Assembly (NCBI GenBank): GCA_963702005.1
Contig: OY969696.1
Coordinates: 128,001 to 192,000 of the forward strand
Direction of reading: 5' to 3'
From: Candidatus Aminicenantes bacterium
GTDB taxonomy: Bacteria; Acidobacteriota; Aminicenantia; Aminicenantales; JAFGBC01
DNA length: 64,000 bases
Shown here: in pieces, positions 60,127 to 64,000 of the stretch
How the letters are laid out: each line of letters begins with the position of its first letter
Position numbering within the stretch: the stretch's first letter is position 1
The notes under the pieces: generated by a model
The model's database searches: none
Told to the model about the DNA's origin: nothing
What the model saw: only the letters and a program-made list of their open reading frames with translations
Made by a program: the position numbers and the translations under genes

Positions 60127-60360
60127 ATGCCGATCTACGAATATCGTTGTGCAAAGTGCGGTGAAGTCAGCGAATTTCTCATCTTGGGCAAGCAGAAACA
60201 ACTCAACTGTAAACAGTGCGGAAGCGAAGAGTTGATCAAGCTCGTTTCTGCCTACAATACGGCCGGCAGGCAAGCGCCTGGCTCCGGCGGCTCCAGCTCT
60301 GGAGGCTGTTGCGGCTCACCTGATTCATGCGGAACGCCGGGAAGCTGCTGTTCAGAATAG
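60127..60360 (+). CDS. FmdB-family zinc-ribbon protein
   Basis: MPIYEYRCAKCG...CKQCGS; Cys/Gly-rich tail. Confidence 0.85.
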   Translation: MPIYEYRCAKCGEVSEFLILGKQKQLNCKQCGSEELIKLVSAYNTAGRQAPGSGGSSSGGCCGSPDSCGTPGSCCSE

Positions 60361-60402
60361 CGAGACAATAAGATAAATACAGGGAGGCCATGGGACAGGG
60401 AG

Positions 60403-60560
60403 ACAATATGATATTTATGGTTTTTTTGCGCCAGATGGAGGGGCCCCACCTTGATGGTTACCATCCAATCCCCCTTTTGCTGACAACAGCCGGCATCTTG
60501 GGCGTCGAGAAAGCGACATGACTTTCCAGAATTCCGGGGACGCCCCGAGGGATTTTAAGC
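60403..60560. repeat. About 150-bp intergenic repeat, copy 2
   Basis: Diverged match to 38402-38560. Confidence 0.8.
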
Positions 60561-60719
60561 CCCTTGCATTATATTCTTGTTTCCCCCCCATTTTAATTAT
60601 TTCAGGAATGATGAGCTTTTAGACGGCATGTCCCGCCAAGGAGGGGAAAGCCTTCGCATATTGCCGCTAGATCGACGCTCTAGGATGCCCCAGAATCGAC
60701 AATCTTGAGCCGATCCATA

Positions 60720-61547
60720 TCAACGGAGATGGACGATGTTCGCCGTGATCAGCCGCGCGTGGTTCGAACACAGGAACGCGATCACCTCGGCGACCTCTTC
60801 CGGACGGACGATATGGATGAGATCGCGCCGGCGTTTCACGTCGTCTCGAACCTCATCGTTCACCCAGCCTGTGTCGGTCACCGGCGGATAGACAATGTTC
60901 GCCGTGATGCCGAACTCCGCCAGCTCGAACGCCGCGGCCATCGTGTAGTTCTCGAGCGCGGCCTTGGCGGCTCCATATGAGACTTCGTTCGGGAAACCGA
61001 GCGGGCCACCCGAGGTCAGGCCGACGATGCGGCCCCACCTGGCGCCCCGGGCCACGTGGCGCCGCGCCAGTTCCGACATCATGAGCGCGCCGCCGCGAGC
61101 GTCGACGGAGAACAGCTGGTCGTAGGTCGCCGCGGACACCGGTTGGACGTGCACCCCGTAATGCGTCTCGCCGGCAGCGGCGAAGCTGTCGGCCGCCCAG
61201 CCGACACTCGCATTATTCACGAGGATGTCGACCGGACCCAGCTCCTTCTCGGCGAAATCGAACAGCCGCGCCGGCGTTTCCGCGTCCCTCAGATCGGCTT
61301 CCATCGCGACCGCGCGCCCGCCACACGCGCGGATCGCGGCCAGCACTTCCTCGGCTCCTTTCCCGCGGTTGGCGCGATACGGCGCCGGGAAGTCGAACGG
61401 ATCGATCGTGCGCAGGTAGGAGACGAGCACCGACGCGCCGCACCCGGCGAGCGCCCGTGCCGTCGCGGCGCCTATCCCGTGGTTGGCGCCGGTGATCAGG
61501 GCGACGTGCCCCTTCAGGTCATAAGGCAGCGCCGCGACATCAGGCAT
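60720..61547 (-). CDS. Short-chain dehydrogenase/reductase
   Basis: ITGANHGIG, LVNNAS, YGAAK. Confidence 0.9.
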   Translation of the reverse strand: MPDVAALPYDLKGHVALITGANHGIGAATARALAGCGASVLVSYLRTIDPFDFPAPYRANRGKGAEEVLAAIRACGGRAVAMEADLRDAETPARLFDFAEKELGPVDILVNNASVGWAADSFAAAGETHYGVHVQPVSAATYDQLFSVDARGGALMMSELARRHVARGARWGRIVGLTSGGPLGFPNEVSYGAAKAALENYTMAAAFELAEFGITANIVYPPVTDTGWVNDEVRDDVKRRRDLIHIVRPEEVAEVIAFLCSNHARLITANIVHLR

Positions 61548-61556
61548 GAACGCCTC

Positions 61557-61808
61557 CTACGAGCCTGCCGGCTGCTGGTACAGGCCGATCACGTTTCTGC
61601 CGGGGTCCCGGAACCTCGCGGTGATTTCAGGATCGTCCGCGCCGATCGGCTGCACTACCTCTCCGTCGTTCGCGAGGACGGCGTCGATGGTCGCCGCGAC
61701 GCTATCGACCATGATGTAGACGAGCAGTCCCGGTTCTCCCGACGCCTTCCGGCCGGCAATCCACGTCCCGCTGACTTCACCGGCGCCATCGTCGAACGCC
61801 AGGTGTCC
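61557..61808 (-). pseudogene. 5'-truncated VOC/glyoxalase-family gene
   Basis: AFDDGAGEVSGTW...LVYIMVDSV...ARFRDPGRNVIGLYQ; N-terminal half missing. Confidence 0.65.
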
Positions 61809-61919
61809 ATGAGGATAAGAATTTGCTTTTCGGCGGCGTCCGCTCGCGCAACTGATTTCGAATCGATTTCCCATCCCGCCTCCATAAATAAGCATAATTT
61901 CCGGCTCGGGGGATGTCAA

Positions 61920-63589
61920 CCGGGATTTCCCATATGACCGATCAAAGCCATCTGATTCCTTCTCGCCAGATTGGATTCTCCTATTATTGAGTAACATTTT
62001 CAAGAACTCCAGTCCCGGACCGATCCTTTTTGCCTCCACGGGCCACGATATCGACATTTCGCCCATGCAATCACCTTTTCTCTCGACTTGAAGACGGGCC
62101 TCTCCACGAGATTCGCAGACTCCGCGACCTTCAGTGTGCCGTCCATCTTAACTGGTTTCAGGCAACAACCGCAGCTGGGCGATCTTGTCCAGGATCAACG
62201 CAAACAAGCTCCGCGGAATCGCCACTTCGGCCATCTGAAAAGTAACATATTTCGCGTGCCGTATGACTTTGGCCCCTATCTTGATCATTTTTTCCCGCAA
62301 GGTGGTCAGAGTCCACTGGCTGATCCTGCTGGGCAGGGCCAGTTTGCGCAGGAAATTGCCAACATTGTATGCCAGGGCGAACAGTTGCAGCCGCACCTCG
62401 TTGTCCCGGAAGTCATGACACGACAGCCGCGTCCACGTCAGCGCGATCTTCCCCTCCTTGATCCACTGCTCGGCGGTCCCGCGCTTGTTGTAAAACCGCA
62501 CCACGTTTTTGGCTCGCCGGTTCAGGTTGGTCACGATGAAGCCGACGCGCGGGAACAGCTCGTCATGATGCCATTCGACCTTGGCCACCACTCGCCGGGG
62601 CCGCCCCCAACTCTTGGCCTGATACATGAAGCTGTGATAGAAAACCTTGGGCTTGTAGGACGGCCGGCCCACGGGCCGGGTCGTCAGGTGCTCGATCTCC
62701 CGTTGCAGCACGTCGTTGATTGGCAGGCGGACGGCGTAAAGAAACCTCTCGCCTTCCAGATATTCATAGATTTCGGGCTGGGCGAACGCCGCATCACCCC
62801 GGAAGTAGCGATTCAGCAAACACTCCCGATAACGGGCAACCACCGGCTCCAGCACCGCCCGCCAGTTGTCGGCGCTGTGCACGTTGCCCTCGCGCAGCAT
62901 CGCCCGCTCCAGATCGCCAAACTGATTGAAACAAAACAGCGGATGATATCAGGTGCACTCGAAATGACCGTTCCAGGCCGACCCTTCCTGCCGGCCGTGG
63001 GTCTGACTTTCCGAACTGTCCATGTCCAGGATCAGTTTCTTTGTCTTTGAACGACGATTGGCTTCCGATATCCACCTTCCACACAAATCGGCCAACGCCT
63101 GGACATTTTCATCGCTGGTCAGAATCTCCGTCTCGAAACGGCTCATCTGGCTGGTCGAGGCCGCCAGGTGTTCCTTGGCGCGGCCCCCTACGATCTGACG
63201 CAGGGCCGGGTCGACTCGCAGCCGCTCGGCGTCATTGGTATCCTCGTATCCGGCCAACCGCCCATATACCGCCTGCCGAAGCAATGCCGTCATCGTGTGC
63301 TGGGTATTCTGGCCCGTGCGCGGATCCTGAAGAACTTTCTCGGCCAAAACCGTCAATCCCATCACTTCATCCATCTCTCTGAAAAGCAGCAGACCGCCAT
63401 CACTGGTTATTTTTGCGCCCTGGAATTCCAGCTTCACACTGGGGTCAAACTGGACCCGCAAGACCTCTTTTTTGCTCTCACCCATCAGGTCTCTCCGTTT
63501 TTCTGCTTCAATATCGCTATCAGCCTTTATTCATCAGCCTTTTCAGCTAATATTATAACAATTTTTGATTTCTATTTGGGAAATATGGG
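61920..63589 (-). mobile_element. IS1380-family element (about 1.67 kb)
   Basis: Imperfect terminal IRs CCGGGATTTCCCATATG / CCCATATTTCCCAAATAG around the transposase. Confidence 0.75.
62148..63485 (-). pseudogene. IS1380 transposase interrupted by one in-frame TGA at 62949-62951
   Basis: ITSDGGLLL, GYEDTND, LDMDSS, GHFECT*YHPL, RGDAAF, YNKRGTAEQWIKEGK. Confidence 0.85.
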
Positions 63590-63602
63590 TTTAGATGAAA
63601 GC

Positions 63603-63680
63603 TGTGCCCAAACTGTGCCCAAAAATATCGAAGACTATCGAAAAATATCTAAATCCATCGAAAGCCGAAAGCCCTAAAAA
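63603..63680 (+). repeat. att-like arm region 5 without a tRNA core
   Basis: tgtgcccaaactgtgcccaaaaatatcgaagactatcgaaaaatatctaaatccatcgaaa, closely matching arms 1-4. Confidence 0.8.
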
Positions 63681-63762
63681 CGGGTACCCAACAGGGGAAT
63701 GAGACAGATTCATCTATAGGTTTTATGAACACTCAATCGAGTCTAGTTCCTTCCTGTGCAGA

Positions 63763-64000
63763 CTAATCCACAGTTTCCTTCAACTTCAGGAAGCGCGCAG
63801 CATTGTTGTAAAAAATGTCACGCTTTTCTTCTTTAGAGAGAAACTTAGCTGATTCAATTCCCTCGATGGCCATGCCAATAGCCTCAGGCCACACCATCTG
63901 ATCGGATCCGAACATTAGTCGTTTTCCAAAACCTGCTCTAATCAAATCTTTGAGATATTCATGGAATTCTTCCCGTGGGATGATCCAGTTAATAGTTGCA
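63763..64000 (-). CDS. Amidohydrolase-family protein, C-terminal part (starts beyond the window)
   Basis: RLMFGSDQMVWP...EKRDIFYNNAARFL. Confidence 0.75.
   Translation of the reverse strand, partial: ATINWIIPREEFHEYLKDLIRAGFGKRLMFGSDQMVWPEAIGMAIEGIESAKFLSKEEKRDIFYNNAARFLKLKETVD

Noticed and set aside
62949-62951. Selenocysteine recoding of the in-frame TGA at an apparent Cys position of the IS1380 transposase
   Set aside because: A single TGY-to-TGA nonsense change is simpler; no convincing SECIS seen and I know of no precedent in this family
62088-63050. 320-aa plus-strand ORF
   Set aside because: Antisense to the IS1380 transposase
39281-63680. CRISPR array or integron attC sites
   Set aside because: Repeats are kilobases apart and tRNA-derived; no cas genes, attC hairpins or IntI were seen

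Overview
Accessory 64-kb region. The host is probably bacterial: the zinc-ribbon Ser/Thr kinase-TPR genes resemble those of Acidobacteriota/Aminicenantes, which is inference only. Left part (about 1.2-39.5 kb): a large mosaic integrated element. Its GC-richer backbone looks archaeal (Orc1/Cdc6, archaeal-type tyrosine integrase with a Zn ribbon, HerA-like ATPase with a nuclease-like tail, DUF4258/DUF2283 pair, AbrB-like protein, RadC/DUF2958 small-gene run, Xis-like HTH). It is interleaved with AT-rich defence-like cargo, including a six-gene operon (small protein, GHKL ATPase, unknown protein, C5 DNA methyltransferase, GHKL-HEPN-like protein, MutY/Mig glycosylase). Right part: four tandem att-like sites, each an arm-repeat region plus the 3' half of tRNA-Val(CAC), ending at 39472, 44214, 47209 and 49200, and a fifth coreless arm at 63603. 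They delimit small integrase-less cassettes (EthD plus kinase; kinase; ADA2-like deaminase) and a 14-kb metal-homeostasis/IS segment. No intact tRNA, rRNA or CRISPR array was seen. All family assignments come from motif recognition by eye, not from database searches.
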